Assembly: GCA_037447605.1 (NCBI GenBank) | Contig: CM074820.1 | Coordinates: 620,001-684,000, forward strand | From: Zygnema circumcarinatum SAG 698-1b | Lineage: Eukaryota > Plantae > Zygnematophyceae | Direction: 5' to 3' | DNA length: 64,000 nt | Notes under the pieces: model-generated | What the model was told of the DNA's origin: nothing | Database searches by the model: none | The model's input: only the letters and a program-made list of their open reading frames with translations | Made by a program: the position numbers and the translations under genes | Shown here: positions 42,067 through 53,343 of the stretch, piece after piece | How the letters are laid out: each line of letters begins with the position of its first letter | Position numbering within the stretch: position 1 is the stretch's first letter

Positions 42067-42131
<65 letters not shown>

Positions 42132-44040
42132 AGAGAGAGGGAGAGAGCGAGAGAGAGAGGGAGAGAGAGGAGAGGGAGAGAGAGAGTGGGGGGGGGAAAG
42201 AGAGTGGGGGGGGGAGAGAGAGAGAGGGAGGGGAGAGAGGAGAAGATGGGGAGAGAGAGAGAGAGGGGAGAAAGAGAGGGGGGGAGGGGAGAGCGAGAGG
42301 GGAGCAGGGGAGAGAGAGGAAGAGAGGGGGAGAGAGAGAGGGGAGGGGAGAAAGAAAGAGAGGAGGGAGGGGAGAGAGAGGGAAGAGAGGGGGAAGGAGA
42401 GAGAAAGGGGAGGGGAGGGTTTAGTAAAATGAAAAACTCCAATCTTCTGTTCTGTGAGAGGGGGGAGGAGTGAGAGGAAGAGAGGGGGAGGGACATAGTT
42501 GGGAGAGGCGAATGAGGCCGGGAGAATAGGGACAGCGAGCGACAAAGGACGGGAGGGATGATAGGAACAACAAAAGAAGCAGCAGTAGAAGAAGCAACAA
42601 AAACATACACTTTTCAGTACCTAATGATCCCTAATGAAACCAATCAAGTAAAAATTCATATATCTTTTTAACTATGAAAATCACAACCATGGCATGCATA
42701 GAACCTTGGGTGGTTCCTTGTGTTTACCGTTCCCAGTTCCCGTAAAAACGAACACAAGCGGACATAGAGCGGGCGGGAGGCCGACGGAGGCTATCTCCTC
42801 CCCCACGGCCAAAACTGCGGATTTTGCGGAACTGAGACACGTGTACATGTAGGCGGAGCCCAGGGAAAGGAACGGGGTTGAATATCCCATTCTCAAAAAA
42901 CCTGAAAAAACATAATGTATATATAAAATGTAAAAGCTTCTTATAAACACTGTACGTGGGGGTTCAATTGGATTAGTGGGAATATAAATGGAGTTTTAAT
43001 GGGGTAGAAATGGGGGTAATAAAGGAACATTACGTTCTCCGAGACCCCTAAGAAAATCAATCATTCCGGCCCGTCCGGCATACTCCCCAAAGGCCACAAT
43101 TCGAGACCCGTTCTCGCCGACAATTAGTTCGTAGTCGTACAAAGTGACTCGCTTTTGAAGGACCTAAAACATGCACAAGCAAAAACAATTCGAACCGATT
43201 AAAGAAGTATGACAGAGAGTAATGCGTTTGTAGTCATTTAACTGATTTCAGGACATTGACAGTAACATTGAAAAACGTGCGCGCGAGTGTGAAGGAACTA
43301 CTACATAATGAAAAAGGGAAAAAAGGAAAAGGAAAATAAGCTGTTGTTGGCAGCTTACCTCGTCGAGGAGGGGCATGCTTTCAGGCTGCGCCTTGTGGGT
43401 GTGGGAGAAGAAGGCATACGACCGGTCAGGGAGGAGGCTGCCCACCTGCCGCAGGGAGGCAAGGGAACAGGACGGGTGAGAGAGGGAGAGGAGGGGGGGG
43501 AGGGGGGAGGGGGGAGGGGGGAGGGGGAGGGGGGAGGGGGGAGGGGGGAGGGGGGAGGGGGGAGGGGGAGGGGGAGGGGGAGGGGGAGGGGGGGAGGGGG
43601 AGGGGGGAGGGGGAGGGGGAGGGGGAGGGGGAGGGGGAGGGGGAGGGGGAGGGGGAGGGGGGAGGGGGAGGGGGAGGGGGAGGGGGAGGGGGAGGGGGGA
43701 GGGGGAGGGGGAGGGGGAGGGGAGGGGGGATGGGGGAGGGGGGAGGGGGGAGGGGGAGGGGGAGGTGGGAGTGCTAGAGTCCAAGGGAGGAGGGGCTAAC
43801 CGGAGGTTGTTTAACTCCAAAAATGAGGCCACATTCTGAAAGGTCGTCCGAAACTTCGCATCCGACTTCCGTGTATTGTGAGTCGGGAAAAATTCGTTTA
43901 GCGGAAGGTTGAATTATGATTCGCATTTTGTTGTCGTTTTGTCGGAGGATGCGGGAGCAATGGGAGGGAGTGAGAGGGGCTCTCCGTTCCCACGTGTGAC
44001 GATTTTCCCGCAAAATACCCACTACTCTATTTCCCTCCAT
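38484..44040 (-). CDS. LKR/SDH: Lysine-ketoglutarate reductase domain of LKR/SDH (alpha-aminoadipic semialdehyde synthase); SDH half not seen
   Basis: [96 protein letters not shown] in successive exons. Runs into a CT tract and the 100-N gap at 37874-37973. Confidence 0.9.
38607..42116 (+). repeat. 1,760-bp tandem duplication inside LKR gene, copies joined by a 10-N gap (probable assembly artefact)
   Basis: 38607-40356 repeats at 40367-~42116; ORF track is offset by exactly 1760 (38990/40750, 39374/41134, 39417/41177). Confidence 0.9.
43483..43770 (+). repeat. (GGGGGA)n G-run array in LKR intron 1
   Basis: ~290 bp of G5-6A units. Confidence 0.9.
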
Positions 44041-45271
44041 TTTACGCTACTGCTTTTTTCAGGAGACGAATTTTAAGATTTCCGCGTGAAGCTCCTGGAA
44101 GTTTTAAACAAGAGGTATAAGATTTTATTCGAATTTTCTTTTTAAAGGAAAACATTAATGGGTGCCTGCGTGCAGAAGAAGAGAGAGTGGAGAGGAGAGG
44201 GAGGGAGAGAGTGATTAGATGGATGAAGATTAATATATTAAAATGCGTGATGGCAGAGCGAGAGAAAGTGAGAGAGAGAAAGAGGGGGGGGGTGAGAGAG
44301 AGACGGAGCTGCGCCAGCTGTCCTCTCGTCTCCCTCAAATTCAGCATTTTCTTTTTCCCTTTCATGCAGCCACTCACATGCATGCGCTGTCGGAGCATGG
44401 GGTCATACGGCCATGGTGCCATGCATGGGGCCATCCCCCCATGGGCATGATAGGGCCATGCCCACCTCGAGTCAATGGCGGACTGTCTCCTTCGTCCTTC
44501 GGACGACGACAGGGGAGGGAAGAGGGGAACCCGGGCGCCTGGCTTCAGAGACGTTCCATGTCGCTGTTACCGTTATCAACGGCGGCCGTAACTTCTCTTT
44601 TCATTAGAATGCGTACCTTACACGTTTAAATACAGTGAAAAATTTCCTTTGCGCGATACTGAGTGTGAAGGTTAAGCAGGATTTTGAGTCAAGGTCAGTC
44701 AAGTGTTAGCGCTGACGTGACTCACGTTCGCAATTCGCTGGAATGTCCACGTCATCAATTTCCGCCAATCAGCGTCTCCCGTTTGGTGCTAAATGCAGCT
44801 CTATGTTCTCAATTGAACAGGTTTATTACTGTTGCCATTCCCTGTCACATGGAATCTCTCACAGTTGTCTCCTTTGATGGGACTTTTTTTGTCTTATCTC
44901 AACTGTACATCTCGTCTACCATTTACATTTGGAGTAAAATCTGCCCGACAGAAAAAGGTGCTCACGGCGCTCGGCCGCTCAGGAGTAGCGTGTATCGATT
45001 CCAAAAAGATGTGAAAAAAAAGGTGAAAAAAATAAAGGTGTGAAAGGTGTGAGAGGTCTGTGTGTAGACAAAAAAGGTGTGAGAATAGAATTTTCCTACA
45101 TTTAACGGTCACTGTACGGAGTTCCTCGAACCGACCAACAGTTGTACGGAATGTCACGTCACGCCTTGCTCGGACTCTCTGGAACAGCCCACCCAACCGA
45201 CCGTTCGGTCGGCCACGTGGCAACCTGTAACGGCCTTTTCGTGCCATGTAGGCGCCACGTGGCATATCAAC
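44041..45271. promoter_or_regulatory. Divergent intergenic region shared by LKR/SDH and NUS1, with G-box palindromes
   Basis: Head-to-head start codons at 44040 and 45272; GCCACGTGGC at 45212 and 45254; CATG-rich cluster ~44380-44465. Confidence 0.55.
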
Positions 45272-48200
45272 ATGCTACTCGCACGTGTGATTGCCACGTG
45301 TCTGTTGGGGATCCTGCACGGCATATTCCTGCTGCTGAGCTGTCTGCGCTCCCTCTTCCGAGAAGCTTCCAGGAGGCTATCTCCCTCGCAGCCATGGCGG
45401 CGGCGGCTTCCTGCGAAGAGGCCGCGCCACGTGGCAGTCGTGGTGGACGGAGGGGGCGCGCGGGGGGGAGGGGGGAGGCTGGCGCAGCTTCTGCACTGCT
45501 TGGCACGTGCAGGGGTGGAACACGTGGCGCTCTACGATGCGGAAGGTGGGGGGGAAGGGGAGGTTTAGGGTTTTAGGATTTAGGTTGGGAGAGTGAGTGG
45601 AGGGGTTTGGGGTGTTGGGGCTGGATTCTAGGGGTTAGGGCTAAGGGTTAGGGTTAGGGTTAGGGTTAGGGTTAGGGGTAGGGGTAGGGGTACGGGTAGG
45701 GGGCAGCTTCTGCACTGCTTGGCACGTGCGGGGGTGGAACACGTGGCGCTCTACGATTCGGAAGGTGGAGGGGAAGGGGAGGTTTAGGGTTTTAGGGTTT
45801 AGGTTGGGAGAGTGAGTGGAGGGGTTTGGGGTGTTGGGGCTGGATTCTAGGGGTTAGGGCTAAGGGTTAGGGTTAGGGTTAGGGTTTATGGGTAGGGGTA
45901 CGGGTAGGGGTAGGGTTAGGGTTAGGGTTTGGGTTAGGGTTAGGGTTAGGGGTAGGGGTAGGGGTAGGGGTAGGGGTAGGGGTAGGGGTAGGGTTAGGGT
46001 TAGGGTTAGGGTTAGGGTTCGGGTTAGGGTTAGGGTTAGCTTTAGGGTTAGTTTTAGGGTTGAGGTTAGGGTTGGGCTTAGGGTCAGGGTTAGGGTCAGG
46101 GTTAAGGTTAGAGATAGTGTAAAAATAAGGTTAAGGTTAGGGTTAAGAATTAGAGGTTATAGGTAGGGTCAGGGTTATGATTAGAGTTAGGGTTACAGTT
46201 AGGAAACTCTTAACCTTAACTTACCTTGAAATCAACTAATTTCTAAACTCGTATTATGATCCTTTTTTCCTCTAAATTGAGTGAGGGCCTTGCTTTACCT
46301 CTTCTGAATCATTTTAAGTATCCGTTAAGATGCATTTCTCTTATCTATCTTCATCAGCGCTTCCTAAATGCCAATACTTAGACTTAATTTTGTTTGTTTG
46401 CATAGCACGTTTTCCAATTTTGAAATTCTCCATTTTTTCCATTTTTTCCGTTATTTCATTACCACACACATCTGAAGGTCTGAGTAGAGTATACGTCTTT
46501 CTCGTTTCGTGATGCTGCAGGAATTTTGAAGCAGTCGCAGCAAAAATTAGAAAAGAAATTGAGCGAGTACAAAGTGACAAGAATGGAGTACGAAGTGCTT
46601 TTTCTCCTCCAGGTGGCCCACTTCTCTACCCTAATAGTAAACTTTCTTTTGTGAATTTCGAAATTTGCAGCCCAGTATTCAAATTATTCCACTATTCCAT
46701 TTCCAAAATTGCAGAGTTCTTCACTCGCCGAAGGAACAAAAAGTGTCATCCCATTGGTCGGCGCATCAACGGCCAGTGAGGAACCGCCACGTGGCAGAAT
46801 ACCCCTTCTAGAAGAAGGAATCTCAGCACTTCCATCAGCTTCCAGAGAGAAGGCACTTCTATGTGGGCTGTCGCCGAAATTCCGTCGAAGAATCGGTAAA
46901 CCGGTAAATCATCAACAGCGAGAAAAAAACGTTCTGAGAAAGTTGACTAAGTTGCCAAAGCTATTAACAATTTCGGTCAAAATTTTGTCTGCCAAAGATG
47001 GGATGGAGGGGATGGCAATGGCTGCTGCGAGAATTGTAGTGGAAGCTGTGAAAGAGGAGATGGTAGAGGCGGGGACGAGGAGGGAGGGGGAGAGGGAGAG
47101 AGCGGGAGAAAAAACGTGGAAGGGAGAAAGTGAGGTGGAGAGGAGAGAGGGAGAGATAATGGAGGGAGAGAGGAAAGGAGAAAGGAGGGAGGGAGAGAGG
47201 GCAGAGGAAAGAAAGAGAACTAAGGTGGGAGAATTGGATGGAGAGTGGGAGGGAATCGAAGAAGAAGTTGGTAAGAGGGAGAGGAAAGGTGAAGAGAACG
47301 GGAGGGATTGGAAGGAAGCGGAAAGAGGGAGAGAGGAACAGCTTGGAGAGAGAGATGATTTCGCTAATTCTGCCGACCAGAGCGCGGAGGGGACTTTCTG
47401 GAGCAAAGAGAGAACGGAAGAGAGAAAGGGCGGAGGAGAAAGAGAGGGAGGAGGTGGGAGAGAAAGAGTGGGAGAGGGAGAGAGTGGGAAAAGGGGAGAG
47501 GGAGGAAGTGGGAAGGGGGGAGAGAGTGGGAGAGGGGGAGAGGGAGGAGGTGGGAGAGGGGGAGAGGGAGAGGGAGAGAGTAGGAAAGGGGGCGAGGGAG
47601 GAACTGGGAGAGGAGGCGAGGGAGAGGGTGAGGGAGAGGGTGGGAGAGAGGTCACTGTGTGTGAGAGGGAGGAAGTGAGGCCGGGCATGGGGAAGCGAAG
47701 GAAGCTGACGGAGGGAGATGTGGAAGCTTCCATGAAGGCTGTAGGTGATTTCCTAAAACCCTAAACCTAAAACCCTGAACAAGTCAGCACATCGGGGCAC
47801 TTTGGCACTTGTTTTTCTTTTTACGTTTGTATACAGAAAGCTATCTTATAAATCTCCAATTTTCAATCATATTCCGTAGGGCTGCCATCATGAATGCCAT
47901 CATCAACATTTCCCTCTTTTTTCTTCCGTCGATTTGGTTTTTTTTCTGATGGCCAGTTCTCACAGGCATAGGGAGTGGGGGGGGGTCCAACTTTTTTTTT
48001 TATTCTTTTTTTGCTCCACATTTTATGAAATTAGTTATTTCTGATCCTCCTATTTCTTCTATTTTTTTTTATCTGACAATTTTTTATGTCTGCAGGTGCG
48101 TATTGCATTGAACCTGACCTAATTTTGGTGTTCGGCCAAGTTCTATGTCTGAACGGGTTCCCGCCGTGGACGACCCGGCTCTCAGAAATTGTGTAAGCGG

Positions 48201-48394
48201 ACTCGTTTTGCAATTTTTTTTTGCTTTCTGTTTTTTTTTTTTTCTTGTTGAGGCCGCTGTTTTCATCATAATCACAACGTTTTTTTTTTTTTTTTTCGGG
48301 CAGATTTATGGGACCCTTGGGCAGTTTCAATCTTTCTCGGTTCTACGACGCTTTTGAACACTACGCCAACACCACCCAACGATTGGGAAAATGA
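45272..48394 (+). CDS. NUS1: NUS1/LEW1 (Nogo-B-receptor-like cis-prenyltransferase accessory subunit)
   Basis: N-terminal TM, RPRHVAVVVD, GVEHVALYDAE|GILK, ISVKILSAKDG, EPDLILVFG..GFPPW..RLSEI, terminal QRLGK* (RxG motif). Exons 45272-45545, 46521-~46575, ~46715-47745, ~48096-48194, 48304-48394; middle boundaries approximate. Confidence 0.85.
45563..46200 (+). repeat. Intronic (TTAGGG)/(GTAGGG) array plus 219-bp tandem duplication of the exon 1/intron 1 junction
   Basis: Runs of TTAGGG at ~45635-45675, 45865-45885 and 45915-46040; 45484-45702 duplicated from 45703. Confidence 0.9.
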
Positions 48395-48933
48395 ATGCTT
48401 GAAATGTTCTGAATTTTTCGAACTTGTTTCTCAATTTTGACTGAACTAATGAGCGTGAATGGGCATGGGACTATGAGAGACATGTCAATGAACAATCGAA
48501 AACTTGGGAACTTGTACATCCTTGAACAACATGAAAAGCGTGATTCATAGAATAACAAGCATAGCTGTTCTCAGTTTTTGTTGGTAAAAAGGGCAAACGA
48601 CGCGAATTTTTTTCAGCCTGAGTTCAGAAATTTGTTCAAAAGGGGGTCGATTCCATTTCCTAAACTTTCCATCTTCTGCAACTGTACACTGAGAAAAAGG
48701 AAAGGGACCCAGCCCTTAACACTCCTAAGGTTGCCCGAATCCAAATTTGATTGGACCTTGAAGCAAAACTTTCACGTCAACCTCTCCAGCTTCATCTCAC
48801 CTTCACCTACAGATTACACCCCTTTATTACAAACTATAATACAGAAAATTAAACAAAAATCTGCTTCCAAAACTCAAACCTTTCACTCCCCTTCACGTAA
48901 AATTTTCACATCTCCCTCCCTCCCTCCCGCTGT

Positions 48934-49365
48934 TCAGAACTTCAAATTTCCTCTCAACCTCCTTGAAGGGACTCCCTTCAAACCGTCCCTCCCCTCCGCC
49001 GGTTCTATGCGGCGGACTCCTTCGGCCGCCAGTTTTACGGACCGTACAACTGAGGCCACATGTAGCCGCTGCGTCGTCTCCCGTTCCAGAGCTTCATCGT
49101 AGCTGTCGTCCACCACTTCAACGGAGTCCAAAAAAAAGGAAAAAGGAGCCGCCGGAGAGGAGGAGGGGTTGGGAAGGGTGGTCAAAGGGAGGGGTTCCAA
49201 GGCTGGTTTTCTTAGGGCCAATGTGGGGCCAATTTTGGTATTACTTGGGAGAATTTTGGGGTCTGTATTTAGGCTGTGCGAGGATGCGGCTGAGACAGTC
49301 GCCGCTAGGGCGAGGAGGGAGAGAAGAAGGAGCTTGGGGTGGGGGAGGGAGGGAAGGAGGGCCAT
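48934..49365 (-). CDS. Hypothetical secreted protein (143 aa if unspliced)
   Basis: ATG followed by a signal-peptide-like segment (KLLLLSLLALAATVSAA); upstream G-rich UTR-like region; no family recognised; a donor near 49040 could add an exon at ~48545-48618. Confidence 0.4.
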   Translation of the reverse strand: MALLPSLPHPKLLLLSLLALAATVSAASSHSLNTDPKILPSNTKIGPTLALRKPALEPLPLTTLPNPSSSPAAPFSFFLDSVEVVDDSYDEALERETTQRLHVASVVRSVKLAAEGVRRIEPAEGRDGLKGVPSRRLRGNLKF

Positions 49366-50128
49366 GAAGGGAGGGAGAGGGAGAGGAAGGGAGAGAGGGA
49401 GACGGGAGAATGGGGAGAGGGAGGGATAAAGCGGGAGGAGAGCGCGATAGGGGAGAGAGAGGGAGCGGGAGAGGGGGGGCGAGAGTGGAGAGGAGAGAGA
49501 AAGAGAGGGAGAGAGGGATTGAGATAGCGAGAGAGAGAGAGAGGAAGAGCAGAGATTGGAAGAGCGAGTGGGAGAGCGAGAGGGGGAGCGGAAAGGAAGT
49601 GGGAGAGAAAGGGAGAGACAAAGTGGGAGGGAGGGGGAGGGAGAGCGCGAGAAGGAGTGGGAGAGCGGCGAGTGTTCGTGTTTTTAAGATCAGGCGGCGC
49701 CGCCGGCGGCTGGCGGTTGTCGGTGAATAAGGGCTAGACGACAAATTAGGCCGTTGGCCATTCCGCGGGCGGCGCCAGGTGGCACCCGGACAGTTATTTT
49801 GTAGGTACGAGATTTAACGGACGCAGATGCGGACAAACTGCGCCGTTTTTTGAGTGGACCGGGGCACTAAAGAGTCTGCATGCGGCCAAAATAGCCGTAT
49901 GACCGTACAATTTAGTGGATATCCGTACAGGGTCTTACATTATGTTCGTACAGATAGGGTTCAGGATTCGCCTTCAGATCGGATCGGATTCTATGCGAAT
50001 AAAAGAGTGAAAAAAAATAAATTCCAAGGGACGAATCGGAGGCGGTGATTCGTAACTGGATTTTTGAAACTGGGAACTTCATGGAGCCTTCGAGAATTTC
50101 TGCTTTTTGGCAGTGATTAGGAGATTTA

Positions 50129-52605
50129 GGGTCAGTTTCCATCAGCCCGTTATTCCGACGTGGCGTCGTAATGGACGACGACCCATGGGTTCCATCAGGC
50201 CGTTTCCACCAACGTGGCGCCGACGTGGCTGCCACGTGGTAACGAGGCACCGTTCCCCAGGACGGTCCGAAGAAGGTGGTGTAACGCCATTACGACCATT
50301 CGCGTGCCGCCACGTGGCTACCAAAGATGCGCCAGCGTGCGACTGCCACGTTGGCTGGAAGCCGTCAACGCTCGGTGACCGCCGGTCGTGGTCGCAGGTC
50401 GCTTCAGCGCCGAGGAAACTTCCGAAGGTGCAGCCATGGCTGCCAACTTATCTGGAAAACCACGAGGAGAAGCCCGAGTGCCTGCGAACGGACAACGGGC
50501 GTTCCATGAGTCAGTCAGCCAAAGGGCGTAGAAGCTCGTTGCAGGAGGGAGGGCTGCAGAGTTAAGCTCTGGCACTTAACCCTAGAATAGGGGATGAGCA
50601 CGGAGGGGGCTCTCTTCCCATTCTCGCCTTAGGATTAGGGTTTGGAGACGGCTCTGGAGCATGCCGGAAGGGGGGGGGGTGTGTCCCTTTACTTCTCGTG
50701 CCGATGGAGATTTTTTGTTAGAGGGAGGAGGGAGATCGCACTCTATGAAGGTCTAATGGTTGTGTCGCTACTACTCCTCGGTTTAGAAGCAATTTATTAG
50801 GGTTGTAATTATTATTATTCTTTTTGTTTAATTAATTTGAGTACGTGATTGGCAATTTTTCATTGTCAGATTTTTGCTTCCATTCTCTTGGATGGCTTTT
50901 TCTAATGATGCTTATGTTTTGGAGAGGAAAAAAACGAAATTGGAGTGGCTTTGCGGCACCAAAGCCAATGGCTAAAAAATGAGGGAAAAATAAAGGGAAA
51001 GAAGAAAGATTGAGGAAGGGGAAGAGAAATAGAGGTGTGCATAGAAACCATTGCCTCTTTGTTTTTGATTTTCGAAAATGATTTTTTTTCGCTTTATCTT
51101 TGCCATTTATTGGCTCTTTGTGTGCCTTTGTAGTCTGTAGTTGTTTATGTAATAATTTTTCCGTAGGGTTGTATGTAATTCGCAATAAGCAATAAGCAAG
51201 CAGCAAGAAGCAAGAAGCAAGAAGCAAGAAGCAAGAAGCAAGAAGCCAGAAGCCAGAAGCCAGAAGCCAGAAGCCAGAAGCCAGAAGCCAGAAGCCAGAA
51301 GCCAGAAGCCAGAAGCCAGAAGCCAGAAGCCAGAAGCCAGAAGCCAGAAGCCAGAAGCCAGAAGCCAGAAGCCAGAAGCCAGGAAGCCAGAAGCCAGGAA
51401 GCCAGGAAGCCAGAAGCCAGGAAGCCAGAAGCCAGAAGCCAGAAGCCAGAAGCCAGAAGCCAGAAGCCAGAAGCCAGAAGCCAGAAGCCAGAAGCCAGAA
51501 GCCAGAAGCCAGAAGCCAGAAGCCAGAAGCCAGAAGCCAGAAGCCAGAAGCCAGAAGCCAGAAGCCAGAAGCCAGAAGCCAGAAGCCAGAAGCCTCTTGA
51601 CAACAAAGAGAGAAATCAGCCAATGGAGAATAGACATACGTGTCTGTCTATGGCGGAAACACGACCAATCAGACAGAGCTGAGCTTTGAAACATTCCTGA
51701 CAGCAGCCAGACTCATTCTGGCTCTAGCTCTACTTTTCAAGATTAATGTATCAACTGTGCAGTAATGTGCCTTGATACGGAATTAGCAAAAAATGGAGCT
51801 CAGTGTCTGCAAGCACGTAATGAAGCCCCTGAACGTTCTCAAGGTGCAGGTGCAGGAATGGATTGAGCACTTAGTGGCGTCGGGGGACAAAACAGACTTC
51901 CCTCGAAATGTATTCTCTCTCACAGTCGTGAATGGGGGGCCATACACAATTGTGATTTGTAATGCTTTAGCTCACCCGTTCAACATACATATCCTCTCAA
52001 TTTCTCAGTAATGGATTCAGCTGAACTTAATCTTCATGCTCTTTGTTGGAAACAATTCAGAAGTTGTTCCATGTGTACCTGCTGTTGAGAAAGTACATCA
52101 CCGAGCACAAGATGGCTTACGAACGAGAGTGGCCAATTGGTGGTGTGCAGATTATGAAGGCACCAGCATTAGTGGAGCATTAGTGGAGCACCAGCAACAA
52201 GAGGGCTCTTCGATCCATACTGTTGCCGGAGAGTGTTGCTAGTACTACCAAACCTGGGAGAAGACGACGCAGAAAGGGAACGGAAGCCTCCGGCCGTGGA
52301 ATTGCGAGGCAAACGCCGCGAATGACGTTGCCGCGAAAGGTAGGGAAAGGAGGGGACGAGAAGGGAGGGGGGAGGTGGCGGCTGCAGTGGCGGCGTCCGT
52401 CGCCTCCTGCAAACCCTAAAAAATTGTCGACGGTGACGCGCGTACGGTAACCGCGGTGGGCCACGGCGGACGCTTCAAATCGTGCACGTGGCGATCGCTG
52501 ATTGGAAAACGGCGTTTTGATGGAACTCGTCATTTTATCTGCAAAACGGCGTCCTACGTGGACCGTAATGAGCTCGTTACGAAACGGGCTGATGGAAACT
52601 GACCC
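50129..52605 (-). mobile_element. PIF/Harbinger-type DNA transposon derivative, 2,477 bp
   Basis: Perfect 23-bp TIR GGGTCAGTTTCCATCAGCCCGTT at both ends; TTA TSD at 50126-50128 and 52606-52608; subterminal TIR-like copies (~50190, ~52510); minus-strand remnant LHYVLADTELHFLLIPYQG (51768-51840) resembling the Harbinger YxLxD...LLxPY transposase motif. Confidence 0.85.
51182..51594 (+). repeat. Heptamer satellite (GCCAGAA)n, ~58 units
   Basis: Read directly; left end GCAATAA/GCAAGAA variants, four GCCAGGAA octamers in the middle. Confidence 0.95.
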
Positions 52606-52830
52606 TTAATGTGTATTAATTTCAGACTACTGCATCGTCCAATTCATGTTTCATGTTTTTGTGTCCGGCTCATATTAATTGTCTTTTTGTCCATGTCCAT
52701 GTGACGACATCGTCATCATGACGTCACTTCCCAATGCATTCTCCATTTTGACGATTGTTTTTGCCGTTTTTGTGCAAAACTTTGATGACGTAAGCTCGCA
52801 CGCGCGGGCCGTTGAAGTATTTTATAGATC

Positions 52831-53343
52831 GAACCATTGGATCGATTATTTGGAATGGTTGCGAGCCATTCGATTTGCGACCCAGCCAAACATTGGCAAT
52901 GGTGCCAACCACTGGCTGAGTTTAGTTGTTACGTTTAGGATTGCACGTGGCAGTCCAAGTAAGTCTGCTAAATAATGGTTAGAATGAGTATGTCGCACTC
53001 ATACACTACGAGACATGAGTTCGAATTCTGACAATATGGCAAAATAACAAGTGCACATTAGATGTAATGGTTCCATCCATTGCAATAGTAGCCAACCATT
53101 GGATTCGTCATTGGTTGCCTCCAATGGTTGCGATCCGCTGGCCTCGGAGTGAATCAACCATTGCCAATGGTCGCAACCATTGATTGGCAATGGGTTCCAA
53201 CCATTCCAATGGTTGCAATCATTTGCGTCGGACCGAGTCAACTATTGCAAATGGCCGCAACCATTGGATGGCAATGGTTGCCAGCCATTGGGACTTCCAA
53301 CCATTGCCATCCAATGGCTGTCCAATGGTTGCCCATCCCATGG
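52831..53343. repeat. Degenerate array of inverted CAACCATTG / CAATGGTTG units
   Basis: More than 15 copies of CCATTG or CAATGG in alternating orientation, e.g. caaccattgccaatggtc, caaccattccaatggttg, caaccattggatggcaatggttg. Confidence 0.75.

Noticed and set aside
44631-45116. TA|CAGTGA...TCACTG|TA as a Tc1/mariner element
   Set aside because: Only 6 bp of inverted identity. The right end resembles 31530-31590, so a dispersed repeat is possible, but boundaries cannot be supported.
45888-46166. Val-Arg dipeptide ORF
   Set aside because: It is just the TTAGGG array read in frame inside a NUS1 intron.
50832-51694. Three overlapping LASGFWL-repeat ORFs; also considered as a CRISPR-like array
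   Set aside because: Produced by a stop-free 7-bp satellite in all three frames; no spacers and no cas genes in a eukaryotic context.
53004-53015. CACTACGAGA as a CACTA transposon end
   Set aside because: No matching TAGTG end or TSD found in the window, and the repeats lie on both sides of it.
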